This document shows, in pieces, positions 1-10,500 of a stretch of DNA of 64,000 nucleotides. The position numbers were made by a program, and so were the translations under genes. A model generated the notes under the pieces. It saw nothing but the letters and a program-made list of their open reading frames with translations, was not told the DNA's origin and did not search any database. This DNA is from an uncultured virus (IMG/VR IMGVR_UViG_3300020430_001078) (taxonomy: Duplodnaviria > Heunggongvirae > Uroviricota > Caudoviricetes), in IMG/VR virus record IMGVR_UViG_3300020430_001078; one strand, 5' to 3'. How positions within the stretch are numbered: the stretch's first letter is position 1; each line of letters starts with the position of its first letter.

Positions 1-72
1 GCACATAAATGGGGTTTGACAGCTAGTTTACCTGGAAGTCACCCATATAAGAGTTCAGCACCAACAGGATAA
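1..72 (+). CDS. C-terminal end of upstream virion/tail protein (partial)
   Basis: Frame 1 reads AHKWGLTASLPGSHPYKSSAPTG*, an ending I associate with LamG-like phage tail proteins. Confidence 0.6.
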   Translation, partial: AHKWGLTASLPGSHPYKSSAPTG

Positions 73-94
73 ATATTGTAAATAGGAAAAGGAT

Positions 95-2749
95 ATGGCA
101 AACAGAATACCACTAGTAGTTGATACACAGGATAAGAAGATTAAAGAATTACCAGTCGGTGATAATTTAGATCTAAGCGGTGCTGGTATTACCAATGCAG
201 GTACTATCAACGCAACTGACGTAAGAATCAACAACGTATCATTTAACAATCCATTCAGTGGTGATTACAATGACTTGAGTAACAAGCCTATCATTCCTAC
301 TGTACCGAGTGCGTTAAGTGCCTTTGCAAATGATGTAGGATATCTATCAGCAGGTACAACAACAGATCAAATTAATGAAGGTACAACTAATTTATTTTTC
401 AGTGTTGCAAGAACTGATGCACGTATACAAGCGGCAAGTTTACAATCATTAGGTAACGTAGACACGCCACTTGCAAGTGATGACGGTAAAGTTGTTTATT
501 GGGACAATGCTTCTAGCTCTTTCAAATACAAAGCCACTGCAACAGAATTAGATACTCTTGACACAGTTTTATCAAGAGGTAACAGCACAACAAGAGATAT
601 TATTACATCTGGTAAAGTTTATTTTGCTAACGTTTTTGCAACATTGTCAGACTTACAAACAGTAAGTCCTGCAACCTACCATGGTATGTTTGCACACGTT
701 CACCAAACAGGTAAGGCTTATTATGCTCATGCAGGTGCATGGTTAGAATTAGCAAATGCAGACGAAACAATTGATGCTATAAGAATTGCCGCAGATGATT
801 CTACAATCAGAACAGTAACCAGAGGTGAGTCAATTAGAATTGTAGGTGGAACTGGAGCAACAACCACAAGTAATGCAGAAGGTGATATCACAATTAATAC
901 AAGTGTTGCTCTTGATGATTTAACAGATGTTGTTACAACAGGTGCAACAAATGGTCAAGCACTTATTTGGGATAATGCACAAAGCAGATGGGAACCAGGA
1001 ACTGTATCAAGTTCAATTTCAGAATTAGGTGATCTAACAGATGTAAACGTAACTACGGTTGCTCCACAAAATGATTATGCATTGAGTTGGAGTCAAGCAA
1101 ACAACGAATGGAGACCACGTCCACTTAATAATGTTGATGCCGCAACTGTTACAACTGTCGCAGATTCAAGTGCCGCAAACCAATACTTAACTTTCGTTGG
1201 AGCAACTGCGGCAAACGGTCAAGCACTAAGAACAGATGCTGGAGTACTTTATAATCCAAACACTAACGTTTTAACTGTGGCAACTATTAATCCAACAACT
1301 GTAAACGCAACCAACGTTAATGTAAGTGGTGCTATTTCAAACAGCACAAACGAACTTACTATTTCAAGCAACGTTAAATTACCAAGTGCAACACAACTAA
1401 GATTTTATGACGGTGCTAACGCAAATTATACAGCCTTTAGAGCACCAGCAAGTTTAACAGCAAACACAACATTTATTTTACCAGATGGTGATGGTAGTGC
1501 TGATCAAGTATTAAGCACAAACGGTTCTGGAACATTAAGTTGGGTAGATGCAGGTGCAGGTGGCGGAGAAGCTAACCAGAATGCGTTTAGCAACGTTGCA
1601 GTAGCAGGACAAACAACTGTTTCAGCAGACGCAGAAACTGATACACTTACCCTTGTTGCAGGAACAAACGTAACTATTACAACTGATGCAGGTACTGATA
1701 CAATCACAATCAATGCCGCAGGTGGATCTGGAGGAACTCCAGGTGGATCAAACACTCAGGTACAATTTAATGATTCAAGTTCATTTGGTGGAGATGCAGG
1801 ACTTGTTTATAACAAAACAACAGATACTTTAACAGGTATCAATATCAATGCAACAACAATTACTGCAACAACTGTAGAAGCAGATACACTACAAACTTCA
1901 GGAACAGGTGTACCAACATTTACAAGTGCAAGTAATATTATATTTGATGCCGCAAATGCTGTGGTATTACAAAAAACACCATTAAGATTAGGTGCATTTG
2001 ATCAAGATGCTCTTAACGCCTTGACAGGACAAGCTGGTGATATGGTTTATGATAGCAACGCAGGAGATGTGTTGTTTTACAATGGTAGCACTTGGAAAAG
2101 TACAGCACAACAATTTAGTTTCAGCATAGGTGCTGATGATTCTTCTATGAAGTTAATAAGCAGAGATGAATCAATTAAAGTTATTGGTGGCACAGGAATT
2201 ACAACGTCAAGTGACAGTGAAGGTAATATTACAATTACACGTGGTGCTATACAACTTTCTGATTTAAGTAATGTGGCAAGTACTGCTCCATCTTCAGGAC
2301 AAGTTTTAAAATGGAATGGTAGTGCATGGGCACCGGCGGCTGACGCAGAAGGCAGTGGTGGTATTAGTATAAGTTCTCCAAGTGCAGGAGATATGATCTA
2401 CTACAATGGTAGTGCTTGGGTAACCACACAAGGTCCTGTGTATTATTACACAGTATCAAATGCTGGTTCATCTGCTTACAACTTTACAGGTCCTGGTATA
2501 GCAAATACAGTTAACAATCCTGCATTGACATTGTACAAAGGTTCAACTTACATATTCAATAACACAACTGGTACGGCACACCCATTTGCAATTAGAAATC
2601 AAGCAAACGGAACGTCCTTTACAGAAGGTGTCAGCGGATCAACAACAGGAACACAAGTATTTACGGTGCCACATAACATAACTGATACGTCATTGGTTTA
2701 CCAATGTACAATTCATTCAGGCATGGTAGGTAACTTAACGATAGTTTAG
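95..2749 (+). CDS. Tail fibre-like structural protein with internal repeats and C-terminal cupredoxin-like domain
   Basis: 884 aa, T/G/S/A-rich; repeated LxDLTDV..WxP and ADDS..GGTG..EGxITI units; C-terminal HPF...YQCTIHSGMVG; TAAATA and AGGA upstream. Confidence 0.75.
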   Translation: MANRIPLVVDTQDKKIKELPVGDNLDLSGAGITNAGTINATDVRINNVSFNNPFSGDYNDLSNKPIIPTVPSALSAFANDVGYLSAGTTTDQINEGTTNLFFSVARTDARIQAASLQSLGNVDTPLASDDGKVVYWDNASSSFKYKATATELDTLDTVLSRGNSTTRDIITSGKVYFANVFATLSDLQTVSPATYHGMFAHVHQTGKAYYAHAGAWLELANADETIDAIRIAADDSTIRTVTRGESIRIVGGTGATTTSNAEGDITINTSVALDDLTDVVTTGATNGQALIWDNAQSRWEPGTVSSSISELGDLTDVNVTTVAPQNDYALSWSQANNEWRPRPLNNVDAATVTTVADSSAANQYLTFVGATAANGQALRTDAGVLYNPNTNVLTVATINPTTVNATNVNVSGAISNSTNELTISSNVKLPSATQLRFYDGANANYTAFRAPASLTANTTFILPDGDGSADQVLSTNGSGTLSWVDAGAGGGEANQNAFSNVAVAGQTTVSADAETDTLTLVAGTNVTITTDAGTDTITINAAGGSGGTPGGSNTQVQFNDSSSFGGDAGLVYNKTTDTLTGININATTITATTVEADTLQTSGTGVPTFTSASNIIFDAANAVVLQKTPLRLGAFDQDALNALTGQAGDMVYDSNAGDVLFYNGSTWKSTAQQFSFSIGADDSSMKLISRDESIKVIGGTGITTSSDSEGNITITRGAIQLSDLSNVASTAPSSGQVLKWNGSAWAPAADAEGSGGISISSPSAGDMIYYNGSAWVTTQGPVYYYTVSNAGSSAYNFTGPGIANTVNNPALTLYKGSTYIFNNTTGTAHPFAIRNQANGTSFTEGVSGSTTGTQVFTVPHNITDTSLVYQCTIHSGMVGNLTIV

Positions 2750-2757
2750 GAGTTACT

Positions 2758-4299
2758 ATGTCAGAGAAACATTTTGTTGTTTCATTACATAAAGGAGTAG
2801 ACAAAGATCAGTTTTTAAATGAACTGAACAGCAACACTTCTTTGGAAAATATTCCTGATAGAAAAGTTGACAATGTTAATACAAGACCAATCAGTAAACG
2901 TATGCTTGAGGTTGCTATCTCACAGGAAGAAGCAGACGAACTTTTAAAAGATTCAAGAGTTGGAGGAGTCAACGAACCTTTGGTGTGGGACGAAGAATGG
3001 TTAGACTATGAGCAGGAAGGAACGTTCATACGAAACAGTTCATCTACATCAAGAGACAACTGGGGATTCAGAAGACACATATCAGAAACAAATGAATGGG
3101 GTGCATCAACAGGCAGTGATATAGGAGGAACTTATCCATATCACCTAGATGGTAGTGGTATTGATTATGTACACCAAGAATCAAAATTTAGATTTGATCA
3201 TCAAGAATGGCAAGATGCCAATGGTGTTAGTAGATTACAACAATTTCAATGGAACACACTTCCAAACTGTTCATCTATATCAAACATAGACTATACAAAT
3301 AGTTCAGGTTCCAATTACCATGCTACCCATTGTGCCGGAACTGCCGTTGGCAAAACTTATGGCTGGGCCAAAAATGCAAACATATTTTGTTTGGATATGG
3401 GAGCAGTGAATTCTAGTTACTGGTTTGATGCAATAAAAGAATTTCATAAAGCAAAAACTGTTAATCCGTTGACAGGTTTTAAAAGACCAACAGTCGTAAG
3501 TGCAAGTTGGGGATATAAATCATATTTTCAAAATATCACAGACATTTATTTTAGAGGTTCGAGTGTAGGATCAGTAAAAAGTTCAAACTACGGAATGATA
3601 GGTGATGGTTCAAACAGATTTAACGCAAACCTATACAACCTAAATGCAGAAGTAGAAGAAATGCAAGATGAAGGTGTTCATTATCATAAAAGTGCAGGCA
3701 ACCAATATCAAAAGTTATGTTATCCAGGAGATATTGATTACAACAATTATATCACAAGAAGTGTAAACTCAGGAGGCATTTCCGCAGGTAATCCTATATA
3801 CTACAACAGAGGTGCAGGTAACATTGGTCCTGACACTATCGTTTGTGGTAACTTAGATAGTGCATTATATTCAAACAGTGAAGCCTGTAACACATCAAGT
3901 GATAAAGGTCCTAGGGTAGATGTTTATGCCGCAGGAACAAATATTGTAAGTGCATATAATTCAAGCAGTTCAGCTATATATAATCTAAGTGGAACATCAA
4001 TGAGTACTCCTAATGTAGCAGGAATGAGCTGTTTGGTTTTACAACTTAATCCAGGATACACTCCAGCACAATTACGTGAGTGGTGGCATAAAAACAGTCT
4101 TAAAGGACAAATGTATCAAGGACCAACAGACGAGAATACACCTAGTACTTTCTTTGCTAACAACAGAAACTTGATGTCACCAGATGCAACATCAAACAGA
4201 ATTGCGTATCTTGGTAACTTAAACAAAAGCAAAACGTTTGGTAAGAAAAAAGGTTTGGATACAACAGGTCCAACTGGATTTAAAATGAGTGGTAACTAA
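2758..4299 (+). CDS. Subtilisin-like S8 peptidase 1
   Basis: HATHCAG (His), SAGN (oxyanion Asn), SGTSMSTP (Ser); N-terminal prodomain-like segment. Confidence 0.85.
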   Translation: MSEKHFVVSLHKGVDKDQFLNELNSNTSLENIPDRKVDNVNTRPISKRMLEVAISQEEADELLKDSRVGGVNEPLVWDEEWLDYEQEGTFIRNSSSTSRDNWGFRRHISETNEWGASTGSDIGGTYPYHLDGSGIDYVHQESKFRFDHQEWQDANGVSRLQQFQWNTLPNCSSISNIDYTNSSGSNYHATHCAGTAVGKTYGWAKNANIFCLDMGAVNSSYWFDAIKEFHKAKTVNPLTGFKRPTVVSASWGYKSYFQNITDIYFRGSSVGSVKSSNYGMIGDGSNRFNANLYNLNAEVEEMQDEGVHYHKSAGNQYQKLCYPGDIDYNNYITRSVNSGGISAGNPIYYNRGAGNIGPDTIVCGNLDSALYSNSEACNTSSDKGPRVDVYAAGTNIVSAYNSSSSAIYNLSGTSMSTPNVAGMSCLVLQLNPGYTPAQLREWWHKNSLKGQMYQGPTDENTPSTFFANNRNLMSPDATSNRIAYLGNLNKSKTFGKKKGLDTTGPTGFKMSGN

Positions 4300-5930
4300 T
4301 GGAAGAATTTAGAGTTATAACAAAAAAAGGTACTGACATAGCAGAGATAGATCAACTGCTACAAAAAGATACTTCAGGTGATGCAAGTGTAGATAACAAT
4401 GTAATACCTGGCAGAACTTGTGATGTTGTACACGCAAAATCAACCAATGACAGAATCACAACTTATATGTTGGAGCCAGAAGAAGCTACCAAATTAAAAA
4501 ATGATTCAAGAATACTTGATGTTGAGCCTGCAAGTATTGACCAATGCATGGAATTGTATGAAACACAAACAGATGTATTTCAAAGAACAACCAGTAATAC
4601 ACAAAACAGCAAGAACTGGGGATTGTATAGACACATACAACAACAATACACAAACTATACAGATCAAGCAACAAACACTTTTAGTGGAAATTATAATTAC
4701 ACACTAGATGGTACTGGAGTTGATATAGTTATACAAGATGACGGTGTTGATCCAACAGGTCATCCAGACTTCAATGACTATTCAGGTAACACAAGATTTA
4801 TTCAATTGGATTGGTATGCGGCATCAGGTATTGCAGGCACAATGCCAAGTGGACATTACACAAACAATTATTCAGATACTAATCCTGCAGGCGCACATGG
4901 CAGTCATTGTGCTGGTATTGCCGCAGGACTAACTTATGGTTGGGCAAAAGGTTCTAATATATATTCCATAAGAGTGTTTGGCGGTTCAAGTGCAATGAGT
5001 TCAGCTGATAGATATGACGTTATCAGAGAATGGCACAAAAGAAAACCAATCGATCCTGCCACAGGATTTAGACGTCCTACAATAGTAAACCAAAGCTGGG
5101 GTTACAGTTGGTATTACAGAAACAGTAGCACAGGTAATACTCCTATACAAACTGTATACTATAAAGGAGTGAATCAAAATATTACTCCTGCACAATGGGA
5201 TAGTACATTTTCTCAATATGGAATGGTTGCTTCAAGGCATCCTACTATTGCAACATCACAAGACGTAGAACAGCAACAACTTACAGACGATGGAATAATT
5301 TGTATTAAGGCGGCTGGCAATGGATATCACCCATGTAGTTATTCCACAGCTGGTGACTACGGAAGTGACATCTATAATAGTTACTACACAATGAACGAAT
5401 ATCATGCTTCAGGAGTCAGTGCAGGTCAACCTATATACTACAACAGATATAGTTCACCACACAGCAGTGATACTGTCTTTGTTGGAAATGTTGATTATGA
5501 TTTATATGGTAGTTTTGAAAATTTAAGATATGACAGTGAACGTGGTCCAAGGCTAGACATAATGGCGGCAGGATCACAGATATCAAGTGCAACTAGCCAA
5601 GTAAGCACATACGGAACAAAGCAATTTTATCCAGGAAGTTCAACACATTACATGGCTAGAATAAGTGGAACAAGCATGGCGGCTCCACAGATATGTGGAA
5701 TGGGTGCTTTATGGTTACAAGCAAATCCAGGTGGAACTTCTGCACAATTTAAAAAGTTTTTAAAAGAAAATAGTCTGAAAGACGTTATTTACGACAGTGG
5801 TACAGCAGAGAACTTTAACTATGCTAATGCAATACCTAGATTATATGGTGCTCCAAATAGACTAGCTTATTGGCCTTACAATAGTGCAAACCCTATTAGA
5901 TTTAGAGGGACAAGCGGAAATGATCAATAG
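4299..5930 (+). CDS. Subtilisin-like S8 peptidase 2
   Basis: GVDIVIQDDG (Asp), HGSHCAG, AAGN, SGTSMAAP; paralog of preceding gene, TAATG coupling. Confidence 0.9.
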   Translation: MEEFRVITKKGTDIAEIDQLLQKDTSGDASVDNNVIPGRTCDVVHAKSTNDRITTYMLEPEEATKLKNDSRILDVEPASIDQCMELYETQTDVFQRTTSNTQNSKNWGLYRHIQQQYTNYTDQATNTFSGNYNYTLDGTGVDIVIQDDGVDPTGHPDFNDYSGNTRFIQLDWYAASGIAGTMPSGHYTNNYSDTNPAGAHGSHCAGIAAGLTYGWAKGSNIYSIRVFGGSSAMSSADRYDVIREWHKRKPIDPATGFRRPTIVNQSWGYSWYYRNSSTGNTPIQTVYYKGVNQNITPAQWDSTFSQYGMVASRHPTIATSQDVEQQQLTDDGIICIKAAGNGYHPCSYSTAGDYGSDIYNSYYTMNEYHASGVSAGQPIYYNRYSSPHSSDTVFVGNVDYDLYGSFENLRYDSERGPRLDIMAAGSQISSATSQVSTYGTKQFYPGSSTHYMARISGTSMAAPQICGMGALWLQANPGGTSAQFKKFLKENSLKDVIYDSGTAENFNYANAIPRLYGAPNRLAYWPYNSANPIRFRGTSGNDQ

Positions 5931-5954
5931 ATAAATACAGTATAGGATAAGAAA

Positions 5955-6659
5955 ATGGCTTTACAAACAATAAACATAGGAACACTAGCAAACGACGGAA
6001 CAGGTGATGATCTGCGTGAAGCATTTATCAAAGTGAATCAAAACTTTGATGATCTTGATTTGAGATCTCCAGAATCCACAAGTGTAAGCAATTTAGGAAA
6101 TACAGGGCAAGGAATATTTGCACAAAAAGTTGGTGCAGAATTACAACTTAAGAAACTTGTACAAGGTTCTAATGTTACACTGACTAGTTCAACTACAGGT
6201 ATTACTATAAACGCAACAGGCGGATTACAGCAATTAAATGTTGTATCAGATTCTGGTAGCTTACAACTTGCAGATGGTGGCACACTTAATATTAGAGGTG
6301 GTGCAGGTTCTACAACAAGTGTAAGTGGAAACGTACTAACTATAAATTCAACAGCAGAAGTAAAGTCAGATCTAACACCAGAACTAGGTGGAAATCTAAA
6401 TGCTGGCGGAAATGATATTTCTAATGTAAATACATTAACAGCAAGTAATATTAATGGTGCTTTAACTGGAAACGTCACTGGTTTAGTACATGGTGTTGAT
6501 ATAAGAAACATTGAACCTAATACTGCTGGTTTTGATTTTGGAACATTATCAAATGATGTTAGAGGTTTGTCTGATTGGTTAATATACCAAACAGATATTG
6601 ACTTTGGATCTTTGTTAAGTCCAGATGAAAGAAATTTTGACGAAGGAGTAATTGCTTAA
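5955..6659 (+). CDS. Baseplate/tail structural protein (T4 gp9/gp10-like N-terminus)
   Basis: N-terminal INIGTLANDGTGDDLREAFIKVNQNF motif. Confidence 0.75.
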   Translation: MALQTINIGTLANDGTGDDLREAFIKVNQNFDDLDLRSPESTSVSNLGNTGQGIFAQKVGAELQLKKLVQGSNVTLTSSTTGITINATGGLQQLNVVSDSGSLQLADGGTLNIRGGAGSTTSVSGNVLTINSTAEVKSDLTPELGGNLNAGGNDISNVNTLTASNINGALTGNVTGLVHGVDIRNIEPNTAGFDFGTLSNDVRGLSDWLIYQTDIDFGSLLSPDERNFDEGVIA

Positions 6660-7534
6660 TGGCTACACTAACTATTACATCAAACGGTTTGCCTAATCCA
6701 GCTTCATTTGGAAAGCCATTTGGACAAAATGCTTTTTCACCAAGCACTAATGTTGTATCTGCACAAAATTATAATTATTCATTTACATACAGAGGTGGAA
6801 CAAATACAAGTAACCCACAGGCTTTATCAGCCTTAACACCAATTGGTATTTTTAACAATGGTGTTGTTTTTTATGGACCATCAGCGGGTGTAAACCAAGT
6901 TCCTCCAGGACTAGATCCAACATCAGATGCTCCAGGTACAGGATTTGAATACAACGCAGTTCAGTTCAGAACAAACTATGGAGGAGATGATGCAGGTGGT
7001 TGGCCAGAAATTAGTGGACAGTATCATTATATGTCAGCACAATTTTTAACACTTCCTACAGGTTCATCAGAATCAACAGCAGGCTGGAACACAGCGATGG
7101 TTACAGGTGCTTCACCTACACCAACTTATTACACAGGAACAAACTTCGGCGGAGATCACTTTAGACACGCAAACGGACACAGTAAAATATTAGGATATTG
7201 TTTTGATGGTTATCCTATATATGGACCATTTGGATATTCAGACTACAATGATCCAGCATCCACAGTGGTTAGAATGACAAGCTCATATCAAACTTTTGCT
7301 ACAGAACCAGCAGGTAGAGGATATTTGTATGGTGCCAAAACAGCAGGTACATTTATTAACGATCATGAGTATCAAGTAGGTACAGGTAAACTAGATGAAT
7401 TCAATGGTAGATTTGAAAAGACTCCAGAATACGTCAATGGAACATATTGTTATCACGTTACTGTTGATGCTAGTGGACAGCCTGTTTATCCGTACATTGT
7501 AGGGCCTAGCACCAAAGAACAAAGAGCATTTTAA
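6659..7534 (+). CDS. YHYH-domain protein
   Basis: IGIFNNGV, GQYHYM, HSKILGYCFDGYPIYGP, LDEFNG, YCYHVT, YPYIVG motifs. Confidence 0.8.
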   Translation: MATLTITSNGLPNPASFGKPFGQNAFSPSTNVVSAQNYNYSFTYRGGTNTSNPQALSALTPIGIFNNGVVFYGPSAGVNQVPPGLDPTSDAPGTGFEYNAVQFRTNYGGDDAGGWPEISGQYHYMSAQFLTLPTGSSESTAGWNTAMVTGASPTPTYYTGTNFGGDHFRHANGHSKILGYCFDGYPIYGPFGYSDYNDPASTVVRMTSSYQTFATEPAGRGYLYGAKTAGTFINDHEYQVGTGKLDEFNGRFEKTPEYVNGTYCYHVTVDASGQPVYPYIVGPSTKEQRAF

Positions 7535-7577
7535 TCGCCTACATATCCGATAAATACTGTAAAGTTTAGGATTTGAT

Positions 7578-10500
7578 ATGGCAGTACCAAGTTGGACACA
7601 AAATTCAGGATATAAATTAGGAACTCTACAAGAAAGAGTAACCACTTCTATTACCTTACCTATTGCACCAGGATCTGCTAGTGGAACAGGATTTGACCCA
7701 TCAACAACTGCTATAAGTCTACCAGCACAAACTAGACTTCAAAACAGTTCAACAATAAACATTACAAAAACATGGACGCAGGGTGGTTCGCCTACAATAA
7801 ATTATACAGTGACTTTTCAATATGTTGGCAATGGCAACAAGTATTTTATTAACGGCGTACAACAGCCAACATTAGAATTAGCAGAAGGTAATACATACAT
7901 TTTTGATTGGTCTCCATCACCAACACATCCAGTTAGATTTTCAACCACAGCAGGAGGCACACACTCAGGCGGTACAGAATATACTACAGGAGTTACTGTT
8001 GATATGATTAACTACAGAACTACCATTGTAGTGCCTGCTTCAGCACCAACCTTATATTACTATTGTCAATACCATGCAGGAATGGGTGGACAGGCGAACA
8101 CACCATCAACACCTGGTGTTGTAACTTATACATATCCAATGGCAATTAGGGTACCTACTATTCCAGCATTATTAAACAAACGTGTTCCTGTTGCAATTTT
8201 GCTACATGGCTCAGGAGGCAATGGTCCTAACGAAATAAACAGTTGGCAAAACTATTTAGGTGATCATATTATTGTTGCTCCAACAGGTTATGACAATGCT
8301 TGGAATGTTGCACATGAAACAAGCAAAGCACCTGATATTGAAATGTTAACTGATTTAATTACATTGTTAAAAGATTTTGTTAATGTAGACAACAGTAAAA
8401 TTAGAATTATAGGATTTAGTAATGGTGCGGCTTTGGCAAACAGAGCTTATGTACAAATTGATGATCCAGCATTGGATACCATTGTAACAAATGCATCACA
8501 ATTTTTTGATCCAATGCTTAGAAATAATACTTTTTATATTCCGTCAGGACAAACAGGTATTACAAATGCAGAATACAATACAGCAAAGACTCCTTTAAAA
8601 GGAAGAAGATTTTTAAACATACATAGTGAAAATGATAATGTAATTCCATATGCAGGAGGATCACACGCATTTGGTTACTCATTTTATTCAGCACAACAAA
8701 GTGTATTTGAAGTAGCTAAATCCCAAGGATACACAGGAGGTATTATTCCTGATGTGGGTGGTATATATTACGGGGTTACTGGAGTTTATTATTATTCATA
8801 TCTTGCAGGACAGGTGATACATTACAAAACACCAGCAGGTCATGATGTGTTAGATTACATGAAACAAATAGTAACAAACTATTTGACATACACACAGGAA
8901 AGTGCTCCAAATATATTTTTAGAATCTGGATCAGTTACTTCTATCAATTTAAACACAGATGTAATAACTTTGATCAGTGGTGAACTTCCAGGTGGAATGA
9001 GATTGTTGGATAACAAAATTGTTGGTACGCCTTTTGAAGTACAAAGAGATACAGAGTTTGAATTTGTTTTAAGAGCAAAAAATGACGATGGCGTAAGAGA
9101 CAGAACATTTAAAATAGAAATACAAGGTCCAGACGAACCTGTGTGGACAACTGCTAAAGGTAAGTTGCCTTTAGGACCTAACAATAGTTTCTACATTTTA
9201 GATAGCAGTATTGTTAACTTTCAATTAAATGCAATAGATGATGATTTACCAACTGGACAATCATTAGAATATTTTATTGCTGACGGAGATGGAACTTTAC
9301 CTCCTGGCATACAACTTACTACTGACGGTAGACTGGTTGGTGTTGTAGATCCTATACTTGCATTAGACAAAAGAAGTGGCAATGGATTTTACGATACAGT
9401 ACAATACGACCAATATGCATTTGACTTTGGCATGAGAAGTGCAAATGGTTTTGAAAGTTATTACTATGACACACAAGGTTATGATTATGCTATTCCTACA
9501 CAAAGTCCTAAGAAACTAAACAGAACTTATGAATTTAGTGTAAGTGTAAGTGATGGTGATACAATAACAAAAAGAGAATTTCAAATATTTTTAGTTGGTG
9601 ATGATTTCCTACGTGCTGACAATACAATCATGCAAGTTGGTACAGGAATATTTACTGCTGACAACACTTATCTACGAACTCCTGTTTGGTTAACTCCTGC
9701 AGACTTAGGATTTAAAAGAGCAAACAATTATGTAACATTGTTCTTAGATGTATTTGATCCAAACACGGTAGTAGGTGTTTTAAACTATCAATTACAATCA
9801 ACAAATGAAGATGGAAGTGCAAGTACTTTACCACCAGGCATGACACTTGATGTAACAACTGGAGAAATAGCAGGAAGAGTTCCTTATCAACCAGCAGTAA
9901 CCAAGGAATATAAATTTACTATCAAAGCAATTAGATATACTTCTATCAATAGTGTGTTGGCCGAAAAAGCAAAAACATTTACAGTAAAAATATTAGGTGA
10001 AGTTGAAAGTACAATTAATTGGAACACAGCGGCAAACCTAGGAAGTATCAATGCAAACTTCATTAGTACCTTTAGTGTAAATGCAACGACATCAGTGCCA
10101 AGAGCAATACTGCTTTACAATTTAGTTTCAGGAACTTTACCACCAGGACTTGCATTAAACTTTAATGGAGAAATTGTAGGAAAAGTTAGACAGTTTTCAA
10201 GTGGTACAAATTTAGGATTGACAACCATTGACAAAAATGAATTTACACTAGATGGTGGTACAACTAGCATAGATAGGAAATTTACTTTCACTGTACAAGC
10301 AAGAGATAGATTTGGATTCAGTGCAACTACAAGAGAATTTAATATTGTTGTAAGTGATCCTGACAACGTTACATTTAGTAACTTATTTGTAAAACCTTTC
10401 TTAAAGTCATCTCAAAGAACTGCTTACAATAATTTTATTGGTGATCCAAATGTGTTTACACCTGCAAGTATATATAGACCAAATGATCCAGAGTTTGGTT

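Noticed and set aside
780..2340. Repeats in ORF 95 as a diversity-generating retroelement or DNA repeat array
   Set aside because: Similarity is at protein level with diverged DNA; no adenine-specific TR/VR pair and no reverse transcriptase in the window.
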